Source of the DNA: an uncultured delta proteobacterium | GTDB taxonomy: Bacteria > Desulfobacterota > Binatia > UBA9968 | Assembly (NCBI GenBank): GCA_963840855.1 | Contig: CAWJBB010000039.1 | Coordinates: forward strand, 32,001-96,000 | DNA length: 64,000 nt | Direction: 5' to 3' | Shown here: positions 52,333-62,077 of the stretch, in pieces | How the letters are laid out: the number at the start of each line of letters is the position of its first letter | Position numbering within the stretch: position 1 is the stretch's first letter | Position numbers and translations under genes: made by a program | Notes under the pieces: generated by a model | Databases searched by the model: none | What the model was told of the DNA's origin: nothing | What the model saw: the letters and a program-made list of their open reading frames with translations, nothing else

Positions 52333-53307
52333 ATGATGGGTACCAGCCCACTGGAAATCGATCTATCGCAGATGCGCTACGACATCACGATGCCGCTCTT
52401 CGAAGGCCGAGTACCGATGGACGGCGTTTCACTGAAGCCGGTAAAAGCATCGTCGATGATCAACAAGGAAGACCCCAAACTGAAGGCCGGCGACTTTGGC
52501 CTTTTGGATTTGAATCTGGGTTACTTTCTACCGGCCATCGAAGCGGGTTGGGAGATCGTCGGCCTGCCGGTTTTTTCCAAGCGCAAGCCCGTCTATCAAC
52601 TCCTTTTCTGTAACTCCGCGTCCGCGATTCGCTCCGCCGCGGATCTGTCGGGCAAGAAGATCGGCTCGCGCACTTACCGCACGGCGCTCACTGTCTGGGC
52701 GCGCGGCTTGCTCAAGGAGCGCAATGGCGTGGACTTCTCCAAAGTCACGTGGGTGCTGCAAGCCAGGGAAGTGTTTCCGGTGCATGATCCATCGTTGGAC
52801 ATCGAGTACGTCGATGAATCGAAAAACATGGCGCAGCGGCTCATCGCCGGCGAACTGGACGCGCTCATTACGGATATTTCCGACACCAAGCTCTTCGAAG
52901 CTCTGGAGAACAACCCTAAAGTGCGCCGCCTTTTCGCCAATTATGTTGAAGACGATCAGGAGCTTTACAACGACACCGGCATCTTCACGCCGGTGCACAT
53001 GATCGTCATGAGCCGCCGGCTTGATCGCCAACATCCCGAGTTAGCGGGCATGTTCTACACGGCGTTTGAGAAAGCCAAGCAGATCGCTTACGACGATATC
53101 CTCAGCGACCGCGGCGGTTTCTCCGTCGTTTACCTGCGCGAAAGAATGAAGGAGCAAATGGCGACCTGGGGCGACCCCTGGCAATACGGTATCAAAGCCA
53201 ATAAAACAACGATGGACGCGTTCATTAGATACAACGTCGAACAAGGCATGGTCCGCAGAGCGCCGTCCTACGAAGAAATCTTCGCCGCCGGCGTGCTGGA
53301 CACTTAA
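52333..53307 (+). CDS. 4,5-dihydroxyphthalate-decarboxylase-like (periplasmic-binding-protein fold) protein
   Basis: YDITMPLFEGRV, LPVF, DLSGKKIG..Y..TVWARGLL, GIFTPVH, GDPWQYGIKAN. Confidence 0.75.
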   Translation: MMGTSPLEIDLSQMRYDITMPLFEGRVPMDGVSLKPVKASSMINKEDPKLKAGDFGLLDLNLGYFLPAIEAGWEIVGLPVFSKRKPVYQLLFCNSASAIRSAADLSGKKIGSRTYRTALTVWARGLLKERNGVDFSKVTWVLQAREVFPVHDPSLDIEYVDESKNMAQRLIAGELDALITDISDTKLFEALENNPKVRRLFANYVEDDQELYNDTGIFTPVHMIVMSRRLDRQHPELAGMFYTAFEKAKQIAYDDILSDRGGFSVVYLRERMKEQMATWGDPWQYGIKANKTTMDAFIRYNVEQGMVRRAPSYEEIFAAGVLDT

Positions 53308-53322
53308 TTGTGAATTCCACGA

Positions 53323-53394
53323 ATTGAACGGCTTGAACGTTTTGAACAATTTGAACCCCTGAGGACTCTGAACCTTGAACTTTGAACCTTGAAC
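53323..53394. repeat. TTGAAC-based 9-mer plus 7-mer direct repeat array D
   Basis: TTGAACGGC TTGAACGTT TTGAACAAT TTGAACCCC ... TGAACC TTGAACT TTGAACC TTGAAC. Confidence 0.85.
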
Positions 53395-53414
53395 GGACCG
53401 CTAAGGAGCGACTG

Positions 53415-54698
53415 ATGCTATCTAAAGAAGACAACGAGTTGCTCACCCGAACCAATGCGGGTACGCCGGCGGGCGATCTAATGCGGCGCTACTGGATACC
53501 CGCGCTATTGTCAGAGGAGATTCCCGCGCCTGATTGTCCACCGGCTCGGGTGAAGCTTTTGGGCGAAGAACTCGTCGCTTTCCGAGACACTCAAGGCCGC
53601 ATTGGCCTGATCGGCGAGCACTGTGCCCATCGCGGCACGTCGCTATTCTTCGGGCGCAACGAAGAGTGCGGCCTGCGCTGCATTTATCATGGTTGGAAAT
53701 ACGACGTTGAAGGCAACGTCCTGGATACCCCCGCGGAACCGGGCGATAGCGACTTTAGAAAAAAAATGCGCCACACCGCCTATCCGACGCATGAAGCGAA
53801 CGGTGTTATTTATGCTTACCTCGGCCCGCGCGAAAAGATGCCGCTCTTTCCTAACTACGAATGGATCCAGGTGCCGCTGGAATTTACTTATGTGACGAAA
53901 TGCCTGCTGGAGTGCAACTACCTTCAAGGGCTCGAAGGCGAATGCGATTCGTCCCATCTGTCTTTTCTCCACCGCGCTTTCACCAACGAGCGCAATCAAG
54001 CTATGTATAAGAGCGATACTTCCCCCGTCTATGAAACCGAAGATGCCGACTTCGGAGTGCGGCTCATCGCCACGCGCAGTTCCGATAACCAACACTACGT
54101 CCGCTTTTCCGCCTTCGTGATGCCGGTGTACGGCTGCGTCCCCGCCGGCAGACCGACCAATGAGCTTGACGGCTATGAAATCCACACCTATGTCCCGGCC
54201 GATGACACACACTGCTGGCGCTATGACATTGGTTTTCGCCGCGACCGGGCCGTGCGCGACGATGAAGTGCACCGGCGCAAGCAGATCAACCCCGACTACT
54301 CGAAGATTCGCAACGCGCGTAACAACTATCTGCAGGACCGCCAGATGCAAAAGGCGGTTAATTTTACCGGCATCGAAGATTTTTTGAATCACGATGCCTG
54401 CGCCACGGAAAGCATGGGAGCGATTTTCGACCGCAGCAAGGAACATCTCGGGGTAAGCGACAAGGCCGTCATTGCGGTGCGGAAACGTTTGCTCAATTCG
54501 ATCAAGGAGCTGCAACAGGGGAACGAGCCGCCGCACCTCGTCCTCAAAGCGGAGCGGAACTGGTTCCCGCATATTGACTGCTTTGCCCATTTGGTGGCCA
54601 AGAACGTTTCGTGGCGGCAAAAGTTCGACTACCTGACGCCGGCAGCGCAGAAGGAAAACCCGGCGTCATTTGCGGCGCGGCAGAAAGCCGCGTCCTGA
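53415..54698 (+). CDS. Rieske non-heme iron oxygenase alpha subunit (phthalate 4,5-dioxygenase/LigX-like)
   Basis: CAHR..CIYH Rieske cluster; DSSHLSFLH mononuclear Fe motif; EHLG.SD. Confidence 0.92.
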   Translation: MLSKEDNELLTRTNAGTPAGDLMRRYWIPALLSEEIPAPDCPPARVKLLGEELVAFRDTQGRIGLIGEHCAHRGTSLFFGRNEECGLRCIYHGWKYDVEGNVLDTPAEPGDSDFRKKMRHTAYPTHEANGVIYAYLGPREKMPLFPNYEWIQVPLEFTYVTKCLLECNYLQGLEGECDSSHLSFLHRAFTNERNQAMYKSDTSPVYETEDADFGVRLIATRSSDNQHYVRFSAFVMPVYGCVPAGRPTNELDGYEIHTYVPADDTHCWRYDIGFRRDRAVRDDEVHRRKQINPDYSKIRNARNNYLQDRQMQKAVNFTGIEDFLNHDACATESMGAIFDRSKEHLGVSDKAVIAVRKRLLNSIKELQQGNEPPHLVLKAERNWFPHIDCFAHLVAKNVSWRQKFDYLTPAAQKENPASFAARQKAAS

Positions 54699-54771
54699 GT
54701 CGCCGTGAACCTCCAGGGGCGTCGGGTCGGGGTCCTTGCAGCCCAAATCTAGCAGGACAGCTGGAGACACC

Positions 54772-55518
54772 ATGAAGAAGACAAAACGACCCGGCCCCGA
54801 GCGTCGCGCCGCCATCAAGCTTGTCGAGAAGGAACTCGGGATTGGCGCAAAAATTTTGGAATGGGAAATCGGCGATATCTGGGGGCATGTCGGCGTCCGT
54901 CTGCCCGACAGCCGAGGCATCGCCGTGCAATTGTTCCGCCGGGCTGAAGAAGGCAATAAAGATTGGCTGGTGCACTTTGATTATTCGCTCAAGAAGCTTT
55001 CTGGCGTCGGCACGATTCCTCGTGAAGCCGTTATCTATACTGAAATTTTCAAGGCGCGCCCGGACGTCAATGCCGCCGTGCATTGCCACGCGTCCATGTG
55101 CGTCGCGCTGAGCATTGCTGACAAACCGGTCTCCTGCGTGCATGTGCAATCCAACCGCTTCGGCGGCGGCGTGCCGATCTATCCGAGGCCGATCTACATT
55201 CTGGATGAATTCGAAGGGGCGGACCTGGCTCGCACCCTTGGGAACGCCAACGGCATGATGATCAAAGGTCATGGAATTGTTACCGTCGGCAAGTCCATCG
55301 ACGAGGCGTGCATAAATGCGGTTTACATGGAGCGCACGGCGAAGATCATGGCTATGGCCCAGCTGTTCGGCTTCAGCGGCGTGCCGGACGAATTCTTCGG
55401 ACAACTGACCAGCAGCAAGCAGAAGCTTCTTTCCCGGGGAACAAGGTTGTCCCACTCCGCCGAGTGGAACTACTACGCCGACAAAATCAAAAAAGGCGAG
55501 CGCTGGACGCGCGGGTGA
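54772..55518 (+). CDS. Class II aldolase/adducin family protein
   Basis: GHV, EIFKARPDVNAAVHCH, KGHG. Confidence 0.85.
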   Translation: MKKTKRPGPERRAAIKLVEKELGIGAKILEWEIGDIWGHVGVRLPDSRGIAVQLFRRAEEGNKDWLVHFDYSLKKLSGVGTIPREAVIYTEIFKARPDVNAAVHCHASMCVALSIADKPVSCVHVQSNRFGGGVPIYPRPIYILDEFEGADLARTLGNANGMMIKGHGIVTVGKSIDEACINAVYMERTAKIMAMAQLFGFSGVPDEFFGQLTSSKQKLLSRGTRLSHSAEWNYYADKIKKGERWTRG

Positions 55519-55594
55519 GCGTGAACGAGCGCTTCGTCCTGCGTTTCGAGTTTCGGATTATCCTCGAAGCCATGAGCAAACACGAAGGCTGACG

Positions 55595-56581
55595 ATGTAC
55601 ACTCGATGTTTCAGTGCAATTCTCCTGGCGCTGCTCGCGTTGGCATCATCGCTCCCCGCCCAAGAGACACACCTGGTCGCCTACGCCGGGTTCGCGGGTT
55701 TCCAAGCGCCGGTCTGGGCTCCAAAAGATCTGGGCCTTTTCACGAAGTACGGGTTTAACGGCGACGTCGTGTTGGTGCCGGGCTCAGTGCGCCAAATCCA
55801 GGCCATCGTGGGAGGCAGTATTCATTTTGCCCAAGCCGATGCCGCCACCGCCGTCAATGCGATCAATCAGGGACTCGATCTCGTCATGATCTCCGGCACG
55901 TTGAACTCTTTTCCTTATAGCTTTGTCACACAGAAAGAAATCCGCAAACCCGAAGATTTGACCGGCAAAAAGATCGGCGTCCTCGCCGTCGGCGGCGCCA
56001 CCGAAACGGCGACGTTTCTCGCCCTCAGGGCTTGGAACATTTCGCGCCAATCGGTAACGATCTTCCCCGCTGGAGATTCCGCGGCGCGCATCATCGCCCT
56101 TTCAGCTAAGGCCATCGACGGAACCATGCTGTCTTATCCTGACATCAACGAGGCCGTCCGCCTGGGCATGCATGAGTTGGTGAAAATGAGCGATGTCAAA
56201 GGATCATCCTTTCCGATGAACGTGATGGTCGCGCGCCGCTCCTTCGTCGAAAAAAATCGCGACATCGTGAAACGTTTCCAGCAGGCCTACGCCGAGGGCA
56301 CCTACCAATTCGTAACCAGCAGAGAAAAGGGCCTGGCGATTTTAGCCAAGCGGCTCAGGTTTAAAAACCCCAAGGGCGTTGAAGAGACCTATGACTATTT
56401 CGCCAAGAGCTTTTCTTTCCCGACGCGGGTTTCCCACGAAGGCCTGCGCAACACCTTGGAAATTATCGCGCAGCGCAACCCCTCGGTCAAAGTCGATATG
56501 AACGTGAGCCGCTATCTCGACGAAGGCATCCTGGACGAATTGGAACGGGAAGGATTTTTTAAGAAACTGGCGGGCAAGTAG
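55595..56581 (+). CDS. ABC substrate-binding protein, NMT1/THI5/SsuA-like
   Basis: Signal peptide, GLFTKYG, DLTGKKIG, ARIIAL..IDG. Confidence 0.85.
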   Translation: MYTRCFSAILLALLALASSLPAQETHLVAYAGFAGFQAPVWAPKDLGLFTKYGFNGDVVLVPGSVRQIQAIVGGSIHFAQADAATAVNAINQGLDLVMISGTLNSFPYSFVTQKEIRKPEDLTGKKIGVLAVGGATETATFLALRAWNISRQSVTIFPAGDSAARIIALSAKAIDGTMLSYPDINEAVRLGMHELVKMSDVKGSSFPMNVMVARRSFVEKNRDIVKRFQQAYAEGTYQFVTSREKGLAILAKRLRFKNPKGVEETYDYFAKSFSFPTRVSHEGLRNTLEIIAQRNPSVKVDMNVSRYLDEGILDELEREGFFKKLAGK

Positions 56582-56605
56582 GGGCGACCGGCCGGTCGCC
56601 CCTGC
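56578..56605. repeat. GTAG-type REP palindrome
   Basis: GTAGGGGCGACCGGCCGGTCGCCCCTGC; its TAG is the stop codon of the binding-protein gene. Confidence 0.75.
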
Positions 56606-56667
56606 TCATTTCTTACGGAGGCAATCCCATAGCAAAATTCGTCATCGACGCAGACGGGCATATAATG

Positions 56668-57214
56668 GAAGACCGACCCGTCGATATTCCCTGACTTCAA
56701 GGCCGCAAGTCTTTCCGCTTCGTTGCCGATTTGTAAGATCGAAACATCCCTGGGATCGACACCAACCCTTTGTAGCAGCGCCCGGGTGCCAAACTCCGAG
56801 GCCGCTGCGAACCGGCTGATGCCAAAGCGTTTACCTTTGAGATCGCCGACTCGCTTCAGCTCGGGCCGCGTCACCAGCTGATAGCCCATCCGGTCATCCG
56901 ACATGGCAATGTAGATGATGTCGGCGCCGCGCAGATTGGCGGCCACGCCGGGAGCGCCGGTAAGTTGAGCGATCTCGAGATCTCCAGAAAGCAGCGCCTG
57001 CATGACCGGGCCGCCGCCCGGCACATAGACAACCATCGACGAAAGGCCGTACTTGGTGTAAAGGCCGCGTTTCTCCGCCAGCGATACGAACAGGGCATGC
57101 GGGTTAACTGAGCTGTAGCTAACGCGGATGGGTTCCTGAGCGAACGCGGATGTACGCTGGCAAGAAAGAAGCATCAGGCACGAAGCTAATCGCTGTGATC
57201 AAGGGTTTAGCCAT
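56668..57214 (-). pseudogene. Truncated NMT1-like ABC substrate-binding protein
   Basis: GLYTKYGL, DLKGKRFGISRF, ERLAALKSGNIDG then loss of homology; probable ATG at 57214 is out of frame. Confidence 0.75.
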
Positions 57215-57418
57215 TGTTACACCTAAGCAGATCAAAAAAATTTCCGGCTTTATCTTCCTCCGTTGGAGACTATGTCGCAATGTCATTCTGAGGCGACGCC
57301 GAAGAATCTCGTCTTCGTAACTCCTTGGATACAGGGAATATTAGCCATAAAGACCTCCTTCGCGTGCGGTTTTATAGTCCTTTTATTCTTGCTGAGAGCT
57401 GGCTGTCAACGGATCGAT

Positions 57419-57526
57419 TGGAGTGATGGAGTATTGGAGTGTTGGGTAAACTGAGTGGCGGCTACGAATAGCTAATCTCGAACCTCGGGTTGATCCGAAC
57501 CCAGTACTCCACCACTCCATTACTCC
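57419..57526. repeat. Octamer (GGAGTRWT-like) inverted-repeat element G
   Basis: TGGAGTGATGGAGTATTGGAGTGTTGGGT ... ACCCAGTACTCCACCACTCCATTACTCC. Confidence 0.85.
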
Positions 57527-58380
57527 TTCTGTGCCCCGACATACGCTGCTAGCGCTTCGCGCCAATGACGCATAGGACGAAATTTTAAGGATTCAGACAA
57601 GAGGCAGCGTAAGGGCGTGTAGCGCGGGCGCGCCGCCGCGCGATTCATGTCCCGTTCGTGCGTAATTTCAATCAATGCGTCGATGCGAGCGCGGGTTAGC
57701 CCCGCCAATCGTCCCGCTTCCAGCGCGAACTCGTAGTAGCTGCAAACGCCATCGTTGACCACATGGTACGTGCCGTAGCGCCGCCGATTGAGGATTTCCA
57801 GACAGCGCTCAATCAAATCCTCTACATAGGTCGTGCTCGACCAAATGTCGTCGATGGCGCGCACTGGTTTGCCGGTTCTGAGATCGTCGTGCACGGTGCA
57901 AAGAAAACTCTTTTTACCGCTGCCGTAAACCCAAGAAGTGCGGATGATATAACTCCGCGCGCAAGCATTGCGGACGCCGTCTTCGCCGGCGAGTTTGGTT
58001 CGCCCGTAGTGATTCACCGGCCGCGCCTCGTCGTCTATCGTGTAAGGCGAACGGCCAACCGGTTCCCCTTCGAAGGCATACTGTGTGCTAAAGTGAATGA
58101 TTTCAGCGCCGGTGCGATTCGCCGCTTCGGCAAAAAACCGCGGCCCGTCCACGTTTACCGCCTGAGCCTTGTCCGGCTTTTCGTCCGCCTCATCGACTTG
58201 TATGACGGCGCCGTTGATCATCAGATCGGGACGGAAGTCCGCCACGCGTCGGTGCACCGATTCGCCGTCGGCAATATCGAGTTCTCGGTGTGTTAATGCC
58301 AATACCTCGTGATCGCGCGCGAACCTGCGCGCGAAATGGCTCGCGACCAGTCCGGCGCCACCGCTGATGAGAACCTTCAT
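57520..58380 (-). CDS. Second RmlD-like (dTDP-4-dehydrorhamnose reductase family) oxidoreductase
   Basis: GGAGLVA, HFSTQYAF, YGRTK, RTSWVYG. Confidence 0.8.
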   Translation of the reverse strand: MKVLISGGAGLVASHFARRFARDHEVLALTHRELDIADGESVHRRVADFRPDLMINGAVIQVDEADEKPDKAQAVNVDGPRFFAEAANRTGAEIIHFSTQYAFEGEPVGRSPYTIDDEARPVNHYGRTKLAGEDGVRNACARSYIIRTSWVYGSGKKSFLCTVHDDLRTGKPVRAIDDIWSSTTYVEDLIERCLEILNRRRYGTYHVVNDGVCSYYEFALEAGRLAGLTRARIDALIEITHERDMNRAAARPRYTPLRCLLSESLKFRPMRHWREALAAYVGAQKE

Positions 58381-58439
58381 GGCGAACAAACTGTAATGCG
58401 AAGCCGGGGGTTCAGCAAGCGGGGGAGAAGCGAAAAAAA

Positions 58440-58511
58440 ATGGATTGTTGGACTAATGGAGCGTTGGGTCTCGGCCCCATTACTCCGCTATTCCAACATT
58501 CCATTACTCCA
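58440..58511. repeat. Octamer inverted-repeat element H
   Basis: TGGATTGTTGGACTAATGGAGCGTTGGG ... CCCCATTACTCC..TTCCAACATTCCATTACTCCA. Confidence 0.75.
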
Positions 58512-58577
58512 GTCGCAACTAGGTGATCGAGGGCGAATAGGTTTAATTATCGGCAACTAAGCCTTTTCCAGAGCCTG

Positions 58578-58952
58578 CTAATACTCCGGCTTGCTTCGTC
58601 TGAGATTTTCCAGCTCGATACGCTGGCGTTCGAGCTCAAGCTGATTTCTCTGAATCTGGACGTCCTGGTTTACTGCCGCGTTCTCTCGGCCCTGCAGCTG
58701 ATCACCGATCAACGCCCCGGCGCCGAGTCCTAATACACTGCCAATTGCCGCCCCGGCGGCGGGATGGCGTACCGCGGAACCGATAAGGCCGCCCGCCGCG
58801 GCGCCACCGAGCGCGCCGATACCCGCGCCTTTTTCCCGGGTTGTCAAAGAGCCGCCGGCGCACCCCAAGGTCAAGATACTTAAAATCGCCGTCATGCCAA
58901 TGATACCATTCAGTCTGTTGATTCGATGAAATTTGACGTTCATGGCAAACAC
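58578..58952 (-). CDS. Glycine-zipper lipoprotein
   Basis: Lipobox LTLGC; GAGIGALGGAAAGGLIG..GAAIG. Confidence 0.85.
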   Translation of the reverse strand: MFAMNVKFHRINRLNGIIGMTAILSILTLGCAGGSLTTREKGAGIGALGGAAAGGLIGSAVRHPAAGAAIGSVLGLGAGALIGDQLQGRENAAVNQDVQIQRNQLELERQRIELENLRRSKPEY

Positions 58953-59051
58953 CCTCCCTACACTGTCCTTTAGACGTTCCAGCGACGAATTTGTTTACCG
59001 ACCCGGCACTCGATTACAGTTACTAAGGAGTTCAAGATCAGCGGGCTTACT

Positions 59052-59151
59052 GGTTCAAAGTTCAAGGTTCAATGTTCAACGTGTTCCGATCTTATATAAA
59101 CCGCATATCCATGATCTCTAACTTTGAACCTTGAACATTAAACGTTGAACC
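59052..59151. repeat. Heptamer inverted-repeat element E
   Basis: GGTTCAAAGTTCAAGGTTCAATGTTCAA ... TTTGAACCTTGAACATTAAACGTTGAACC. Confidence 0.85.
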
Positions 59152-59175
59152 GCACACGCAGTGTGCTTGCCGCCG

Positions 59176-59886
59176 TCAACCGAACCGTCGGAGCTCGGCG
59201 ATCCGGTCATCCAGCGCCGGGTGCGTGGACAGAAATCCGCCGCCACGATCTCCGCCCGCGCGGCGTATCCAGTCCAGTGTGTCGATCATGATCTCTTTCC
59301 GATAGCCGGCGCGCTGGAGAATTTCTATGGCGCGCCGGTCGGCCGCATATTCCTCCGAACGCCCATAGCTCCGGGCGATGAACGTCCCTGCCAGCGGTGT
59401 CAACGCGCTGCTTCCCGGCAGCAACTGTTCGAGCAAAGCCACGCCCGCGTTGATCCCCGCGCCGAGCACCTGCGCTTTGGCGACATGGCCGAGGTCTTCG
59501 TGGGCGATTTCATGCGCCAGCACCCCGCGCAACTGGTCATCGCTCGCTCTCTGCACGAGCGCCGTCGTGACGTAGAATTGGCATCCACCGGCGTTGGCGG
59601 CGTTAATTTCGTTTTCCCGTACCAATCCGACCCGCATCTCATTCATGGGGCAAGGATGGTCCATCGCGCGAACCAAAGGCATGATAATCCGGCGCAGGCG
59701 CTGCGCTTCCCAAGACTCGCTGGCCGCGCCGCGCCGCGTGTTGCCATAATAGGCATCGGCGCGCGGCGCGCGCGGAGCCGGATAGGGTGCGGCCGCAATG
59801 CAGCCGGAGAATTGAATCACCGCGAGCAACAACGCTCCAACCGTCAGCTGCGGCCGCTTTTTCTTATCTTCGACCATGGTCTTCAC
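59176..59886 (-). CDS. M48-family metallopeptidase lipoprotein
   Basis: Lipobox FSGC; INA, GVLAHEIAH, EYAAD, LSTHP. Confidence 0.9.
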   Translation of the reverse strand: MKTMVEDKKKRPQLTVGALLLAVIQFSGCIAAAPYPAPRAPRADAYYGNTRRGAASESWEAQRLRRIIMPLVRAMDHPCPMNEMRVGLVRENEINAANAGGCQFYVTTALVQRASDDQLRGVLAHEIAHEDLGHVAKAQVLGAGINAGVALLEQLLPGSSALTPLAGTFIARSYGRSEEYAADRRAIEILQRAGYRKEIMIDTLDWIRRAGGDRGGGFLSTHPALDDRIAELRRFG

Positions 59887-59928
59887 GGGCTTCGGATTTC
59901 AGCCTCATAGAGGAACAACAAATACGCC

Positions 59929-60789
59929 TCACGACCCCGCCTTCGGCAGCTGGCTGGCCGTCGACTGCGTAGCGTGCTTATCTTCGATCAGTTCAAGATA
60001 GACGCTGCCGAAAACTATTTTGCTGGTGAGCTTGATCGGTATCCGCCGCGCATCCGCCGAGATCCAAATTACCGCCTCGTTCAAACGTTTCGCGTAGCCG
60101 TTTTTGGTGATGTTCTGCAGGCGTGGGATAATCTTGTAAGCCTCCACGGTCTTGCCGGATTCCAGGGTCACCGGTTCTTTGCGCTCGATGTGCAGCTCCA
60201 GGAGATAGCGGTAGCGTCCGCCGAATAACTTGAAATACAGCCGGTCGCCGATTTTGAAATCAAGACTGCGCGCGAGATAAACCGCCGTTAGCGGATCAAG
60301 AGTGTTTTGCGAGTCGAACTCATAGGATTTCCGCCGTTTGCCCACCTGCTGGCGGTTCACCGCCCAGCGTTTCGTCGACTCGTTATACCGTGCCTCGGTG
60401 TCGATGACGCGGGAGTTTTCCCTTTGGTGGAAGCTGAAGCTTGAAGGGATGAGCGCTCGGGCGTCAAAACTCGAATGGATCGTATCGCGCATTTTCCAAA
60501 TCAGATCCAGTGCCATGGAAGTCTTAGCCTCCACCCGCACGTTGTAAACCTGCCGGCCGCCGACGACCGTAGGCGTGGTGTATATCTCCGCCGTTGCTAC
60601 CGAAACCAGACCATTCCAACTGCCGCGGTAAACCGCCTTTTCCCCGCCCTCGAACGGATAATACTTGGGCTGATAAGCCGGCACCGCTTCAGGCTTAATA
60701 GGCAATACCTGGCCGCCATCCAAAACCGGCACCGCAAGCAACGTCACGAGCATCGAGAGGGCAGCAAGAAAGTTCATTTTATTTCTCAT
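59929..60789 (-). CDS. DUF3108-like exported protein
   Basis: Signal peptide, PFEGGEKAVY, DPLTAVY..R, WISADARRIPIK. Confidence 0.75.
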   Translation of the reverse strand: MRNKMNFLAALSMLVTLLAVPVLDGGQVLPIKPEAVPAYQPKYYPFEGGEKAVYRGSWNGLVSVATAEIYTTPTVVGGRQVYNVRVEAKTSMALDLIWKMRDTIHSSFDARALIPSSFSFHQRENSRVIDTEARYNESTKRWAVNRQQVGKRRKSYEFDSQNTLDPLTAVYLARSLDFKIGDRLYFKLFGGRYRYLLELHIERKEPVTLESGKTVEAYKIIPRLQNITKNGYAKRLNEAVIWISADARRIPIKLTSKIVFGSVYLELIEDKHATQSTASQLPKAGS

Positions 60790-60925
60790 TACGCACCTTT
60801 AGACGATTGGCTAGGGCAGATATTAAGGGTTTTCCAAAAAAACTAAAACGGCCTTCAACCAGTTGTTTTTATTGTCAACATCAAGTCTATTCGTTACCAT
60901 TCCTGCTATTTAGAGGAGGCTGTCC

Positions 60926-62068
60926 GTGCAACCCATACCCTTAAGGTTTTTCACCTTCGTAGTTCTAGCGTCGAGCTTTGCCACTGCCGGCGCCATCGGC
61001 CAAAACAAAGTAAACTCGTCCGTGCCGTCGCGGGAGCAAGTTATAGCCTGCTTGAGACAAGCCGGCGGCGCGGAGTGCCTCGACAATCTGTTTCGCGAAA
61101 TGCTTAAGACCCATTCCACCGCCCAGGCGTTGGAGCTGATCCAGCGTTTTGAAAGAGAAGATCCAGAGTTGCGCCGCGACTGCCACCCGGTGGTCCATGC
61201 CATCGGCCGAGAGACCTATCGCTTGAAGGGCAATATTCATGATTCGTTTTCCGCCTGCGACCAGACCTGCCATTCCGGCTGCTATCACGGCTCAGTGGAA
61301 CGGTTTCTGCGCGGTAACGAGATTTACGCCCAAGCTAACAAGCATCCAACTCACGCCGAGCTCAAACAAAAGGCCGCCGCCGCTTGCGATCCGAAACTTC
61401 CAGGGCGGCTGCGTTTTCAATGCCTGCACGGTTTGGGGCACGCGCTGCTTTATTTCTCGCGTTATCAACTGGTCCCGTCTCTGGAAGCCTGCGACGCGCT
61501 TACCGAGGACTGGAGCCGCAGTTCATGCTATGGCGGCGTGTTCATGGAAAACGTTTTCAACGCCACGCCGGAAACCCGCGATCTCAGTCCAACAGACTAC
61601 CACTATCCGTGCAACAATTTGAGCGAAAAATACCGCGGCGAGTGCTACGTCATGCAAACATCGCGCATGGTCGAAATGGGGCTTTCCACCGAGGAGGTTT
61701 TCCACCAATGCACCAAAGCCGGCGTTCATAGCGCCCAATGTTCGTTGTCCGTGGGGCGTGATCTTTCCAACTATGTGCGCGTCGGCGAAACCACCGCCGC
61801 CGCGCGCAAGTGTGAGTTGGCCCAGGGGGACGATCGCCGAGCCTGCGTTCGCGGCGTTGTCTACGCGCTTATCGACAATACCTGGGATGGGCGCTACGCC
61901 TGGCCGTTCTGCGCCGCCCTTGCCCAAGAAAATGATCAAAACCGCTGTTTGCAAGAAAGCATTCAATACTTGAAGACCACGTTCGAAAAAACCGGCGACG
62001 AAATTGGCAAAGACTGTGGGCGACTCGTCAACATCTCGCGCCGCTGTGAAAACCTGGCGACGCAATAG
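60926..62068 (+). CDS. Exported Cys/His-rich repeat protein of unknown function
   Basis: Signal peptide; DCHPVVHAIGR, CHSGCYHG, CLHGLGH, CYGGVFMEN. Confidence 0.8.
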   Translation: MQPIPLRFFTFVVLASSFATAGAIGQNKVNSSVPSREQVIACLRQAGGAECLDNLFREMLKTHSTAQALELIQRFEREDPELRRDCHPVVHAIGRETYRLKGNIHDSFSACDQTCHSGCYHGSVERFLRGNEIYAQANKHPTHAELKQKAAAACDPKLPGRLRFQCLHGLGHALLYFSRYQLVPSLEACDALTEDWSRSSCYGGVFMENVFNATPETRDLSPTDYHYPCNNLSEKYRGECYVMQTSRMVEMGLSTEEVFHQCTKAGVHSAQCSLSVGRDLSNYVRVGETTAAARKCELAQGDDRRACVRGVVYALIDNTWDGRYAWPFCAALAQENDQNRCLQESIQYLKTTFEKTGDEIGKDCGRLVNISRRCENLATQ

Positions 62069-62077
62069 ACACCGTCC

